DNA from: an uncultured SAR86 cluster bacterium
GTDB lineage: Bacteria; Pseudomonadota; Gammaproteobacteria; Magnimaribacterales; D2472
Direction: 5' to 3'
Length of the DNA stretch: 64,000 nucleotides
Assembly (NCBI GenBank): GCA_902531245.1
Contig: CACADH010000003.1
Span: 15,394 to 79,393, forward strand
Each line of letters begins with the position of its first letter. Positions within the stretch are counted from its first letter, which is position 1. The notes under the pieces are model-generated. The model saw only the letters and a list, made by a program, of their open reading frames with translations, did no database searches and was not told the origin of the DNA. This document shows positions 17,654 to 28,037 of the stretch, one piece after another. A program made the position numbers and the translations under genes.

Positions 17654-18892
17654 TTGTTTAATCTCATAAAGAGCCCATTCTCAAAAGATTCATTTCTTGG
17701 TTCTTTGCTGTTCTTTTTTGTGCTTTCTTCTTGGTATGTTTTAAGACCAGTAAGGAACGAAATGGCAGTCACAAATGTTGACGAACTTCCTTTCCTTTTA
17801 GCTGCTGGAGCAATGGCGATGTTGTTAGTTAATCCTATTTATTCTTGGTTAGCTTCAAAATCAAATTTAAAGAAAATAATTTTATTTTGTTATTCATTTT
17901 TAATAATGAACTTAATCCTATTTCTTTTTGCATGGAAAGTCTTAGGCCTTGGTGAGTCAATATGGCTTGGACGAATTTTTTATGTTTGGTGCAATATATA
18001 TTCTTTTTTTGTAGTTTCAATCTTCTGGGTACTTGTAATAAATTTATTTAGAGACTCAAATAAAAGATCTTTTTATGGGGTAATTATGGCAGGTGGTTCC
18101 ATAGGAGCGATGTTTGGATCAGAAATTTCAAAACGTTTCTCAAGTTCTTTTAATGAACTTGGTTTGGAATTATTTACTTTATCTGCCGCATTACTTCTTT
18201 TTTTTGCAATGCTACTTGCATTATATATGCTCTCAAAATTTCAAAAGGATATAAATTTAAAATTAAGTGATGTTGGTGGCGGCAGCTTTGATGCTATTAA
18301 AAACTCTCTAAAGGTTCATGAAATTAGAAATATAGCTACTTACGTTTGGATATGGACTGCACTAATGACAATCCAATGGATAACAGCTATAAACATTGTA
18401 GAAGAATGGTCACAAAACCCTGAGCAAAGACTAAGATTCTTTGCAATAATTGAACAAGTAACTTCACCATTAACGCTTGTTGTCCAACTTTTTTTAACAA
18501 ATATTATTATTAAAAAATTTGGTATTAGAAATATTATGTTTTTATATGGAATATTATTTTTCTTTGCTTATTTAGCCTATGGATTGGCTCCTTCAATAAT
18601 ATCAGTAGGTGTTGTTACAGTTTTACTAAGAATTTTTGAATACGGTGTAAACAAACCCACCAGAGAAACTATTTTTACAACCTTTAAGAAGAATGATAGA
18701 TACAAATCAACTGTATTCATAGATACCTTTATTACAAGGTTTGGAGATCTGTCAGGTAGTGGTTTTATTGCTCTTGGTAAATTAACTAGCGTTGCAGCTA
18801 ATTCTTTTCCTTTAATTGCAATCCCTATTGCGGGTTACTTATCATTTTTAGGTATCAAGATTTCTAAAAGAGTTGAGATTAAAGGCCTCTAG
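17654..18892 (+). CDS. NTT/TLC (ATP/ADP translocase-like) MFS nucleotide transporter
   Basis: WYVLRPVRNEM, VVSIFW, YGVNKPTRE, RYKSTVFIDTFITRFGD motifs typical of the NTT family; AGGAG RBS before TTG start. Confidence 0.75.
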   Translation: MFNLIKSPFSKDSFLGSLLFFFVLSSWYVLRPVRNEMAVTNVDELPFLLAAGAMAMLLVNPIYSWLASKSNLKKIILFCYSFLIMNLILFLFAWKVLGLGESIWLGRIFYVWCNIYSFFVVSIFWVLVINLFRDSNKRSFYGVIMAGGSIGAMFGSEISKRFSSSFNELGLELFTLSAALLLFFAMLLALYMLSKFQKDINLKLSDVGGGSFDAIKNSLKVHEIRNIATYVWIWTALMTIQWITAINIVEEWSQNPEQRLRFFAIIEQVTSPLTLVVQLFLTNIIIKKFGIRNIMFLYGILFFFAYLAYGLAPSIISVGVVTVLLRIFEYGVNKPTRETIFTTFKKNDRYKSTVFIDTFITRFGDLSGSGFIALGKLTSVAANSFPLIAIPIAGYLSFLGIKISKRVEIKGL

Positions 18893-20315
18893 ACTGATTA
18901 ATATCTTCTTTGATTTCAATTATTTTTGTCATTATTCTTTCAGAAACTTGAAAATTGTTCTTAGTTAACTTCAATGCAAATTCTAATTGATTTAATGCTC
19001 TTTCATTTTGACCCAAAAGAAGGAAATATTCAGCTCTACTTTGATGATAACCAATGATATCTTTACTACTTCTTTGAATCTCAGATAATAGAAACCAAAG
19101 CTCAGGATTGCTATTTTTTCTTAGTAGTTGATCTCTAACAATTTCTTCTGATTCAAAATATCTATTCATTGATAATAAAATTTTTGACTTAGAAATTGAT
19201 AGAGGATAATTCCGAGGCGAGATATCTAGAAATTTGTTCACCAGGTTTAGGGCTTTTTTATACTCTCCAGACTCCAATAAAATGTCAATTTTTGTATTGT
19301 TGAGAACTAAGTTTTTTGGGTAAGAGTCAATAAGACCATCGATTAATTGTATGCTTTCTTTATATTTATTATTTTTCTTATAAGCCAAAGCTAATCCATA
19401 TATATTTTTGTCTGCTGGATCTTTTTCAACTCTTGTTTTAAATTTTCTGAGTGAATTTGAGGGGATGCTTTCATAGTAAACCTCTAACCTTGTTTTCATT
19501 AAAGAGAATTCTAGAGAATCTTTTTTTGTACCTTCTTTTGATAAATTTTCAGATGCATTAAACGCATCACTTATTCTAGAAGAAGACAACGGATGAGTGA
19601 GTAAAAACTCAGGAGGTAAATCACCAGATAATCGTCTCAGTTCATTCATATTTTCAAACATTTCCCCCATTGAATCAGGGTCATATCCAGCATTAACTAA
19701 GTTTGCAAAACCAACTCTATCAGCCTCTTTTTCAAAAAGCCTGCTATATCTAAGACTTTGAGACTGAAGAAATGCTGGACCCAAAGCCATAGCATTAGGA
19801 TTATTACTAATGAGGGCAATAGCGATAGATGAAACCATTACTAAAGCAGATGCAAGATTACTTTCTTGTGATTTAAGAACATTTCTAGCAAAATGCCTTT
19901 GACTTAAATGAGCTAATTCATGAGCAAGCACAGATGCAAACTGTCCTTCATTATCTGAATGTAAAAAAAGACCACCATTAATTCCAATAATTCCTCCGGG
20001 AGCGGCAAAAGCATTTAATGAATCATCATCAATTAATAGAATAGTAAAATATCTATCATTAACTTGACTGAATTCGGATAATCTATAGATAAGGTGCTCC
20101 GTGTATTCAAAAAGCAGAGGATCAGTAATTAATGGAGCTTGAGAGTAAACTTGTTTTAAAAACATTTCTCCAATAGCTTTTTCTTCAGAGGATGAAACCG
20201 CTCCAGAAACTCTATCACCTAGCTCAGGGAGAGTTAATTCATTTATTTCATCATCCAATGAAAACAAATTCATTATGAAAAATAATGTCAATATGTATAA
20301 AAAAACAATCTTCAT
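18879..20315 (-). CDS. bepA: M48 family metalloprotease BepA/YfgC
   Basis: NAFAAPGG, LAHELAH zinc motif, EKEADRVG, FLLTHP, C-terminal TPRs. Confidence 0.9.
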   Translation of the reverse strand: MKIVFLYILTLFFIMNLFSLDDEINELTLPELGDRVSGAVSSSEEKAIGEMFLKQVYSQAPLITDPLLFEYTEHLIYRLSEFSQVNDRYFTILLIDDDSLNAFAAPGGIIGINGGLFLHSDNEGQFASVLAHELAHLSQRHFARNVLKSQESNLASALVMVSSIAIALISNNPNAMALGPAFLQSQSLRYSRLFEKEADRVGFANLVNAGYDPDSMGEMFENMNELRRLSGDLPPEFLLTHPLSSSRISDAFNASENLSKEGTKKDSLEFSLMKTRLEVYYESIPSNSLRKFKTRVEKDPADKNIYGLALAYKKNNKYKESIQLIDGLIDSYPKNLVLNNTKIDILLESGEYKKALNLVNKFLDISPRNYPLSISKSKILLSMNRYFESEEIVRDQLLRKNSNPELWFLLSEIQRSSKDIIGYHQSRAEYFLLLGQNERALNQLEFALKLTKNNFQVSERIMTKIIEIKEDINQSRGL

Positions 20316-20415
20316 TAGAAAAATAATAACTAAAATTTATATTTAGAACATCAAAACAAAGAAAAAGTTTAATATTTTTTACCTAAATCTTATATATAAT
20401 GTCTTTTAAGATTAT

Positions 20416-21465
20416 ATGTTTAACCATTTAACAAATATATTTAAACGCATTTTTAGCAATGAAGAGACAATTGTGTTCTCTTTAATAATATTGCTTACCT
20501 TAATTATTTTTAGTTTATTTATTGGAGTTTTAACTCCATTTATCATTAGCATTATAGTTGCATATCTTTTAGTAGGATTACAAAAAAAAATAGCAACGTA
20601 TAACGTACCAGATAATCTTGCAACAATTTTAGCTTTTTCAATATTTATCATAATTGGTGCAGCTATGTTTGTATGGCTTATTCCCTTACTTTATGTTCAA
20701 TTGCAATCTTTTGTTCTTGATATTCCAAGACTATTCAATGAATTTTTAAACTTTGTATCTTCAATACCTGCAACATTTCCAGATTTGGTTAATTCAGACC
20801 AAATTTCGGTATTTTTTCAAGCCGTATCATCAGAACTTACTTCAATAACTCAAAATATAGTTAAATCCTCAATTTCAGGAATACAAAGCACTATAACGGT
20901 TCTTTTATATGTAATTTTATTTCCAATACTAGTTTACTTTTTCTTATTTGATAGAAGAAATATTATAGAAGGTGTTTTAAAAATCATTCCTGGGGATAGG
21001 GCGATGTTATCTCAAGTATGGTCTGAAATGGACGTTCAATTAAGCAATTATGTGAGAGGTAAAGTTCTTGAAATATTTATTGTAGGCATAGCTGCTGCAA
21101 TTTTATTTGCATCATTTGGGCTTAATTATGGAGCGCTATTGGCAGTGTTAGTAGGCTTATCAGTATTGATACCTTATGTTGGCGCATTTTCAATCACGAT
21201 TCCAATAGTGATAATTGGGTTGTTGCAATTTGGTTTAGGGTCTCAATTTTATTTATTAATTGGTCTCTACCTATTGCTTCAATTTCTAGATGGAAACCTT
21301 TTGGTTCCAATTATATTTTCGGAAGCAGTCAAATTACATCCCATTATAATAATTCTTGCAGTATTTATATTTGGAAGCATGTTTGGTTTTTGGGGAGTTT
21401 TCTTTTCAATTCCATTAGCAACTTTTATTAAAGCGGTTTGGAATGCTTGGCCTGGTTTATCTTAA
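20416..21465 (+). CDS. AI-2E family (PerM) transporter
   Basis: Multi-TM; LIPYVG, QFLDGNLLVP, LHP...GSMFGFWGVFFSIPLA. Confidence 0.9.
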   Translation: MFNHLTNIFKRIFSNEETIVFSLIILLTLIIFSLFIGVLTPFIISIIVAYLLVGLQKKIATYNVPDNLATILAFSIFIIIGAAMFVWLIPLLYVQLQSFVLDIPRLFNEFLNFVSSIPATFPDLVNSDQISVFFQAVSSELTSITQNIVKSSISGIQSTITVLLYVILFPILVYFFLFDRRNIIEGVLKIIPGDRAMLSQVWSEMDVQLSNYVRGKVLEIFIVGIAAAILFASFGLNYGALLAVLVGLSVLIPYVGAFSITIPIVIIGLLQFGLGSQFYLLIGLYLLLQFLDGNLLVPIIFSEAVKLHPIIIILAVFIFGSMFGFWGVFFSIPLATFIKAVWNAWPGLS

Positions 21466-21929
21466 AGTTTTTTAACTTCATCAAGAACTTCATCGACATG
21501 ACCTTTAACTTTAACTGATCTCCATTCTTTAATTATCTTACCTTCAGAGGAAATCAAGAATGTTGATCTATCAACTCCAATATATTCTTTTCCATACATT
21601 GATTTAAGCTTCATCACATCAAAAGCTTTACACATTATTTCTTCAGGATCTGACAATAGCTCAAATGGGAAAGATTGTTTTTGTTTAAAATTTTCATGAG
21701 ATTTAACGCTATCGCGAGATACCCCAAGTATATCTGTATTTAACTTTTTAAAAGTTTTGTAATTATCTCTAAAATCTTGCCCTTCAGTTGTACACCCAGG
21801 AGTACTATCTTTTGGATAAAAATATATAACTAAATTTTTACCTAAAAAATCTTTATTAGAAATAGTTTTATTGCTTGTAGAATCTCCCTTGAATATAGGA
21901 CATTTTTTTCCTTCGAGTTTTTTTTCCAT
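21462..21929 (-). CDS. bcp: peroxiredoxin Bcp
   Basis: YFYPKDSTPGCTTE active-site motif. Confidence 0.93.
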   Translation of the reverse strand: MEKKLEGKKCPIFKGDSTSNKTISNKDFLGKNLVIYFYPKDSTPGCTTEGQDFRDNYKTFKKLNTDILGVSRDSVKSHENFKQKQSFPFELLSDPEEIMCKAFDVMKLKSMYGKEYIGVDRSTFLISSEGKIIKEWRSVKVKGHVDEVLDEVKKL

Positions 21930-21991
21930 ACTTTCCTTTTAATAAATTTAAAATAAAATAGTGTATAGTCATATTTTTACTTATTTTTGAA

Positions 21992-22882
21992 ATGATGCAA
22001 GCCTTAAAAGGAAGTTTAGTTGCTTTAGTTACTCCAATGGAAGAGGGTGGAGATGTTGACTATAACTCACTAAAAAAATTAGTTGATTGGCATATTCAAG
22101 AAGGTACTAATGGTATTGTATCAGTAGGAACTACTGGCGAATCAGCCACGCTCGATGTTGAAGAGCATTTAAATGTAATAAAACATACCGTGGAATATGT
22201 TAATTCAAGAATACCTGTAATCGCTGGTACGGGTGCAAACTCAACTTCAGAAGCAATTGAATTAACAGAAGAATCAAAAAAGCTTGGAGCTGATTATGCT
22301 TTGCTTGTGACGCCATATTACAATAAGCCAAATCAAAATGGTCTTATAAATCACTATTCAAAACTTGCTGATGAGGTCGATATCCCACAAATTTTATACA
22401 ATGTCCCATCTAGGACTGCATGTGATTTATTACCATCTTCAGTTAAAGTTCTATCAGAACATAACAATATAATAGGAATCAAAGAAGCTATTGGCAGCGA
22501 AGAAAGAATAAATGAATTAATTGAAATATCATCTGGAAACAAAAATTTTTTATTATTTTCAGGAGATGATCCAACATTTCTTTCTTTACTAGAAAAAGGT
22601 GGAAATGGCGTTATTTCAGTTGCTTCAAATGTTGTTCCTAAAGATATATCAAGAATATGCTCTTTTGTAGTGGAAGGTAGAAATAATGAAGCAATCATAT
22701 TAGATAAAAAACTTTCAAATTTATACGAACTTTTATTTATAGAATCAAATCCAATTCCTGTTAAATGGATGTTATATAAAATGGGATTAATCAAAAATTC
22801 AATAAGATCACCTTTATTCGAGCTTGATACAAAATATCAAGAAAATACTATTAATGAAATGTTAAAATTAGAACTGCTATGA
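21992..22882 (+). CDS. dapA: 4-hydroxy-tetrahydrodipicolinate synthase
   Basis: GTTGESATL, VTPYYNKP, LYNVPSRT, GIKEA, NPIPVK. Confidence 0.97.
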   Translation: MMQALKGSLVALVTPMEEGGDVDYNSLKKLVDWHIQEGTNGIVSVGTTGESATLDVEEHLNVIKHTVEYVNSRIPVIAGTGANSTSEAIELTEESKKLGADYALLVTPYYNKPNQNGLINHYSKLADEVDIPQILYNVPSRTACDLLPSSVKVLSEHNNIIGIKEAIGSEERINELIEISSGNKNFLLFSGDDPTFLSLLEKGGNGVISVASNVVPKDISRICSFVVEGRNNEAIILDKKLSNLYELLFIESNPIPVKWMLYKMGLIKNSIRSPLFELDTKYQENTINEMLKLELL

Positions 22883-23865
22883 TAAAAATATACTCTTACT
22901 TTTTAATACTATTTATAATTTCATCATGCTCTGTTCTTGGGGGAAAAGAAGGTTACTTTCCAGAAAAAAAATATGACTTTTTAGAAGAAGAAGTTGCAGA
23001 AAATATCTCTATACCGAATGAATTAGATTCTCCAGTTAATGAGAATCATTATCCAGTTAATGATTTAAAAGATATTGATAATTTACTAGAAGTTCCAAAA
23101 CCAAGACAAATTTTTGCCTCTTCAGGAGATAGTTCGGTTCAATTAAGAAGGCTTGGAGAGCTGATGTGGATTTACATAGAAACTTTACCATCTACTTCTT
23201 GGCCAATATCAAAAAACTACTGGGATACATCGACATACGATGTAATTAATGCTAACCCAGTTACTGGAGAAATAGATATCGACTTTGATCAAAATTCAAA
23301 ATTGCAAATGAGAGTTGAGCACGGAATTAAAGAAGCTTCAACAGAAATATTTTTATATAAAATTAATAATTCTTCTGGTGATATTGAAAGCGACCCAGAA
23401 TTTATTCAAAATGAAATGGAAAAAATGATTGATTATTATGCCGATTCTTTAAGTAACTTTTCAGGAACTTCATTAGCCGCCCAAAACCTTAATGAAATGA
23501 AAAAAGCTAATATTTTTTCTGAGAATGGAATGACAGTTATAGCACTAGACTTAAATTTTGACCGTGCTTGGTCTTCAGTGAGTAAAGCATTAAGTGCAGC
23601 AGAAATAGTAACTAATGATAGAGATCGAAGTAAAGGTATATTTTTTGTGAGTTATGCAAAAGAACAAGATAGAAGACTATTTAGACTTTTTGGTGGCAGA
23701 AGTGCTGATGACAATTCATTAAATGTAGACTTTGGTGAAGGATCAGAATTTGAAATCACAATAACACAAAAAGATAATAAAACATTTGTAAGAGCAATAT
23801 CAAAAGATGGTAATATTGAGGAATCAGAAAAGTTATTGTCAAAAATTAATGAATCACTAAGCTAA
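22879..23865 (+). CDS. bamC: outer membrane assembly lipoprotein BamC/NlpB
   Basis: Lipobox ISSC, FDRAWS motif, dapA-bamC-purC synteny. Confidence 0.8.
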   Translation: MIKIYSYFLILFIISSCSVLGGKEGYFPEKKYDFLEEEVAENISIPNELDSPVNENHYPVNDLKDIDNLLEVPKPRQIFASSGDSSVQLRRLGELMWIYIETLPSTSWPISKNYWDTSTYDVINANPVTGEIDIDFDQNSKLQMRVEHGIKEASTEIFLYKINNSSGDIESDPEFIQNEMEKMIDYYADSLSNFSGTSLAAQNLNEMKKANIFSENGMTVIALDLNFDRAWSSVSKALSAAEIVTNDRDRSKGIFFVSYAKEQDRRLFRLFGGRSADDNSLNVDFGEGSEFEITITQKDNKTFVRAISKDGNIEESEKLLSKINESLS

Positions 23866-24581
23866 TGAAAAAAATAAATGAAATAACTAAAGGTAAAGCC
23901 AAATCAATGTTTACCACAGATAATGATGATTATTTAGTAATGCATTTTAGCGACGATACTTCTGCTTTTGATGGTAAAAAGAAAGAAGCTCTTCTTGGTA
24001 AAGGAGCAGTAAACAATCAATTCAATGCTTTTATAATGGATCATTTAAAGAGTAATGGCGTTGAGACTCATTTAATAGAAGTAATAGATAGCACTGATTC
24101 TTTAGTATATAAATTAGATATGTTTCCCATCGAGTGTGTTATTAGAAATAGAGCATCTGGATCAATATGCAAAAGACTGGGCACCGAAGATGGCTTAATA
24201 CTTGAAAATCCATTATTTGAGTTCTTTTTAAAAGACGATGATCTTGGTGACCCACTTATCAATGACGAGCATATAATTTCATTTGGTTGGGCTAATAATG
24301 AGCAAATACAAGAAATGAAAGAGCAAACTTATAAAGTTAATGAAATATTATCTAAATTATTTATAGACTCAGACTTAATCTTAGTAGACTTTAAAGTTGA
24401 ATATGGTATGCATAAAGACAAAATCTTACTTGCTGATGAATTTACTCCGGATGGATGTAGATTATGGGATTCTAAAACAATGAAAAAAATGGACAAGGAT
24501 CGATTTAGGCAAGGGCTTGGAGATGTTGTTGAATCCTACCACCAAGTAGCAGATAGATTAGGTATGAATATAGAAACTTGA
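23865..24581 (+). CDS. purC: phosphoribosylaminoimidazole-succinocarboxamide synthase
   Basis: GKAK, PIECVIRN, LVDFKVEYG, LADEFTPDGCRLWD, DKDRFR. Confidence 0.97.
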   Translation: MKKINEITKGKAKSMFTTDNDDYLVMHFSDDTSAFDGKKKEALLGKGAVNNQFNAFIMDHLKSNGVETHLIEVIDSTDSLVYKLDMFPIECVIRNRASGSICKRLGTEDGLILENPLFEFFLKDDDLGDPLINDEHIISFGWANNEQIQEMKEQTYKVNEILSKLFIDSDLILVDFKVEYGMHKDKILLADEFTPDGCRLWDSKTMKKMDKDRFRQGLGDVVESYHQVADRLGMNIET

Positions 24582-24605
24582 CTAAATTAGTCAGGTATTT
24601 ATAAT
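24574..24605 (+). promoter_or_regulatory. IscR type-1 operator overlapping a sigma70 promoter of the isc operon
   Basis: AAACTTGACTAAATTAGTCAGGTAT matches 24/25 positions of the ATASYYGACTRWWWYAGTCRRSTAT consensus as I recall it. TTGACT-16 nt-TATAAT (24600-24605) overlaps it. Confidence 0.85.
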
Positions 24606-24611
24606 TCGACC

Positions 24612-25046
24612 GTGAAATTAACTACTAAAAGCAGATATGCAGTAAGTGCGCTTATTGAATTAAGTATTTTAGAATCATCTGGACCTGTTTCTTTGAGTGA
24701 CATAGCTACTAATCAAAATATTGAATTGAACTATCTTGAACAGCTTTTTAGAAAGCTAAGAATTGCAGGTATTGTAAGGAGTATTAGAGGCAGAAATGGC
24801 GGTTATATATATGCCAAAAATCCTTCTAACATTTCTATTAAAGAAGTAATGCATGCTGTTGACGAAGTTCTTGATGCAACTAAATGCAATGGTACTTCAA
24901 CATGTAATAATGGAAAGAAATGTAGTACCCATGATCTCTGGCATGATTTGAACATTTTAGTTGAAGATTATTTAGAAAAAATAACGATTAATAACCTTGT
25001 AGAATCAACCGACAGCCCATATATTAGTTACAGAGAGTTAAATTAG
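24612..25046 (+). CDS. iscR: Fe-S cluster regulator IscR
   Basis: Rrf2 HTH ([24 protein letters not shown]) with C-x5-C-x5-C-x2-H ligands; GTG start. Confidence 0.93.
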   Translation: MKLTTKSRYAVSALIELSILESSGPVSLSDIATNQNIELNYLEQLFRKLRIAGIVRSIRGRNGGYIYAKNPSNISIKEVMHAVDEVLDATKCNGTSTCNNGKKCSTHDLWHDLNILVEDYLEKITINNLVESTDSPYISYRELN

Positions 25047-26267
25047 ATGAGCACACAATCTACAATTTACTTAGATTACGCATCGACCACACCGGTTGAC
25101 CCCAGAGTTGCGACCAAAATGATGGAATTTTTAACTCCTGAAGGTGAATTTGGTAACCCAGCATCAAGATCTCATAGGTTTGGATGGAAAGCTGATGAGG
25201 CAGTTGAAGAGGCAAGATCCCATGTTGCAAACTTAGTAAATTGTGATCCAAGAGAAATTGTTTGGACTTCCGGTGCAACTGAAGCAGACAATTTAGCTAT
25301 AAAAGGTGTTGCTAGATTTTATAAGTCCAAAGGTAATCATATTATAACTTCAAAAATTGAGCATAAAGCTGTATTAGATCCTTGCAGACAATTGGAAAGG
25401 GAAGGTTTTGAAGTTACATACCTAGATCCAGATGAAAAAGGAGTTGTAAGTCCTAGCGCTATTAAGTCTGCAATAAAGGATTCGACAGTCCTTGTTTCAA
25501 TCATGCACATAAATAATGAACTCGGAACATTGAATGATATTGCAAAAATAGGTGAAATTACTAGAGAATATGGTGCATTCTTTCATGTTGATGCTGCTCA
25601 AAGTACTGGTAAAGTTGAAATTGATTTAGAAAAAATGCCAATAGACTTAATGTCTTTTTCAGCCCATAAAACATATGGACCAAAAGGCATCGGAGCTCTT
25701 TATGTTAGAAGAAAACCTAGGGTTAGATTAGAGGCCTTAATTCATGGCGGAGGCCATGAAAGAGGAATGAGATCTGGCACACTTGCAACACATCAGATTG
25801 TAGGTATGGGAGAAGCTTTTAGGATAGCTAATAAAGAAATGAAAAAGGATCACAAAAAAATATCTAAATATCACGAAAAGTTTTTAGAAAAAGTTAAAGA
25901 AATAGACCATGTTTATATTAATGGTGACCTTAAAAATAAAGTACCAAATATTTTAAATGTTAGCTTTAATTTTGTAGAAGGTGAATCATTAATTATGGGA
26001 TTAAAAGATATAGCGGTATCTTCAGGATCAGCATGCACATCTGCAAGTCTTGAGCCATCTTATGTTTTGAGAGCACTTGGAAGAAAAGATGAATTAGCTC
26101 ATAGTTCTATTAGGTTTTCCTTCGGAAGATTTACCAATGATGATGATGTTGAGAATACATTAGATATTTTAGGTAATGTTGTTCACAGATTAAGAGAACT
26201 ATCACCATTATGGGAAATGCACCTCGATGGAATTGATCTTGACACAGTTAAGTGGAATGCACACTAG
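25047..26267 (+). CDS. iscS: cysteine desulfurase IscS
   Basis: [22 protein letters not shown] lysine, SSGSACTS. Confidence 0.98.
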   Translation: MSTQSTIYLDYASTTPVDPRVATKMMEFLTPEGEFGNPASRSHRFGWKADEAVEEARSHVANLVNCDPREIVWTSGATEADNLAIKGVARFYKSKGNHIITSKIEHKAVLDPCRQLEREGFEVTYLDPDEKGVVSPSAIKSAIKDSTVLVSIMHINNELGTLNDIAKIGEITREYGAFFHVDAAQSTGKVEIDLEKMPIDLMSFSAHKTYGPKGIGALYVRRKPRVRLEALIHGGGHERGMRSGTLATHQIVGMGEAFRIANKEMKKDHKKISKYHEKFLEKVKEIDHVYINGDLKNKVPNILNVSFNFVEGESLIMGLKDIAVSSGSACTSASLEPSYVLRALGRKDELAHSSIRFSFGRFTNDDDVENTLDILGNVVHRLRELSPLWEMHLDGIDLDTVKWNAH

Positions 26268-26276
26268 GAGATTGAA

Positions 26277-26681
26277 ATGGCATACAGTAAAAAAGTAGTT
26301 GATAAATTTGAAAATACACTAAATAACCCCGAAGCTTTTAAAGTTGGGCGTTTTGATCCTAAAGATTCAAATGTTGGTACAGGAATGGTTGGAGCACCTG
26401 CTTGTGGAGATGTAATGAAGCTTCAAATTAAGTGTGAACCTAAAGGAAACACGCATGTTATAAAAGATGTTAAATTTAAAACTTACGGATGCGGTTCTGC
26501 AATTGCTTCATCAAGTGAATTGGTTGAGATGTTAATTGGTAAAACACTTGAAGAAGCTAAAGCAATTAAAAATATTGAAATTGTGGAGGCGCTGGAATTA
26601 CCGCCTATTAAGATTCATTGTTCAGTACTTGCTGAGGACTCAATAAAACAAGCAATAGAAGATTACGAAACAAAACAATAA
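26277..26681 (+). CDS. iscU: Fe-S scaffold IscU
   Basis: GAPACGDVM, FKTYGCGSAIASSS, LPPIKIHCS. Confidence 0.97.
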   Translation: MAYSKKVVDKFENTLNNPEAFKVGRFDPKDSNVGTGMVGAPACGDVMKLQIKCEPKGNTHVIKDVKFKTYGCGSAIASSSELVEMLIGKTLEEAKAIKNIEIVEALELPPIKIHCSVLAEDSIKQAIEDYETKQ

Positions 26682-26683
26682 TT

Positions 26684-27025
26684 ATGGAAACTTTTAATTC
26701 TTCAGATTTAAATTTTTCAAATAGTGCTATCTCACATTTTAAAAATGTCTTAAAACAAAGGGGAAAAGGCAAAGGTATCAAATTAGGTATTAAAGAGGCT
26801 GGCTGTTCCGGTTATGAATATACTTTTGATTTTGTTGATGAAGTTATTGATGATTATAAAATCTTTGAAGTTAGTGGATGCAAGGTCTTTGTTGACTCCA
26901 ATAGTTTTTCTTTTTTAAAAGGTAGCTTAATTGATTATACTGATGATGGTCTAAATAAAGGGATTAAATTTGTAAATCCTAATGCCAAAGCTGTATGTGG
27001 CTGTGGCGAAAGTTTCACTCTTTAA
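26684..27025 (+). CDS. iscA: A-type Fe-S carrier IscA
   Basis: GCSGYEY and CGCGESF motifs. Confidence 0.93.
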   Translation: METFNSSDLNFSNSAISHFKNVLKQRGKGKGIKLGIKEAGCSGYEYTFDFVDEVIDDYKIFEVSGCKVFVDSNSFSFLKGSLIDYTDDGLNKGIKFVNPNAKAVCGCGESFTL

Positions 27026-27028
27026 ATC

Positions 27029-27370
27029 ATGGCTAATATAAAAATATGGCCTCACGAGGAAATATGTCCCAATGGCGCTGAAATAGAATCTTTACCGGAA
27101 GAAACTATTTGTGAAGCTGCTTTAAGAAACAATATTAAGATCGAACATGCATGTGAAATGTCTGCTGCGTGTACCACCTGTCATTGCATTGTAAGAAAGG
27201 GTTTTGAGACCTTGGAAGAAGCAAGCGATATTGAGGAGGATTTACTTGATAAGGCATGGGGGCTTGAACAAACATCAAGATTAAGCTGTCAAGCAATTCC
27301 CCCAGAAGATGAAGAAATTGAAATTGAATTACCTAAATATAATATAAATATGGTTTCGGAAGATCACTAA
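27029..27370 (+). CDS. fdx: ISC 2Fe-2S ferredoxin
   Basis: HACEMSAACTTCHC, LDKAWGLE, SRLSCQA. Confidence 0.95.
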   Translation: MANIKIWPHEEICPNGAEIESLPEETICEAALRNNIKIEHACEMSAACTTCHCIVRKGFETLEEASDIEEDLLDKAWGLEQTSRLSCQAIPPEDEEIEIELPKYNINMVSEDH

Positions 27371-27573
27371 TGAATAATCTTGATTGGCTGGACGTATTAG
27401 AAATAGCTATTGAGCTCAACGATAAATTTCCAGAAATTGATCCTCAATGGATTAGTTTCCCAGATTTACATAAAAAAGTATGTGAATTGAGCGATTTTAG
27501 TGGAGATCCTTCTAAATCTAATGAAAAAATACTTGAAGCTATTCAGATGCATTGGATAGAAGAATACCAATAA
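27370..27573 (+). CDS. iscX: Fe-S assembly protein IscX
   Basis: W.D..EIAIEL...P..DP....F.DL...NEKILEAIQ..W. Confidence 0.92.
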   Translation: MNNLDWLDVLEIAIELNDKFPEIDPQWISFPDLHKKVCELSDFSGDPSKSNEKILEAIQMHWIEEYQ

Positions 27574-27610
27574 CTCTAATATAATAGCGGCTAAATTTTG
27601 AGATAATACT

Positions 27611-28036
27611 ATGGCTATTGAACGAACACTATCTATTATTAAACCTGATGCAGTTGGTAAAAATGTTATTGGTAAAATAATTTCAAGATTTGAAGATAAT
27701 AATCTTAATTTAGTTGCTGGTAAATTAATTCATTTAACCGATGAATTGGCATCTGGCTTTTATGCTGAGCATGATGGTAAACCATTCTTTAAAGATTTAA
27801 AAAAATTTATGACCTCTGGACCTGTATTTGTTCAAGTTCTTGAGGGAGAAAATGCAGTCCAGAAAAATAGGGATCTCATGGGCAGTACAAATCCACAAGA
27901 TGCTGATCAAGGAACAATAAGAGCAGATTTTGCAAAAAGTATTGATGCTAATGCAGTTCATGGATCTGATTCAATAGAGAGTGCTAAAAGGGAGATTGAA
28001 TATTTCTTCTCATCTGAAGAAATATTGAATAAGTAA
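27611..28036 (+). CDS. ndk: nucleoside diphosphate kinase
   Basis: [26 protein letters not shown]. Confidence 0.98.
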   Translation: MAIERTLSIIKPDAVGKNVIGKIISRFEDNNLNLVAGKLIHLTDELASGFYAEHDGKPFFKDLKKFMTSGPVFVQVLEGENAVQKNRDLMGSTNPQDADQGTIRADFAKSIDANAVHGSDSIESAKREIEYFFSSEEILNK

Positions 28037-28037
28037 G

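Noticed and set aside
17563-18892. Genomic island integrated at tRNA-Lys
   Set aside because: No integrase, no duplicated tRNA 3' end seen, and core genes resume immediately.
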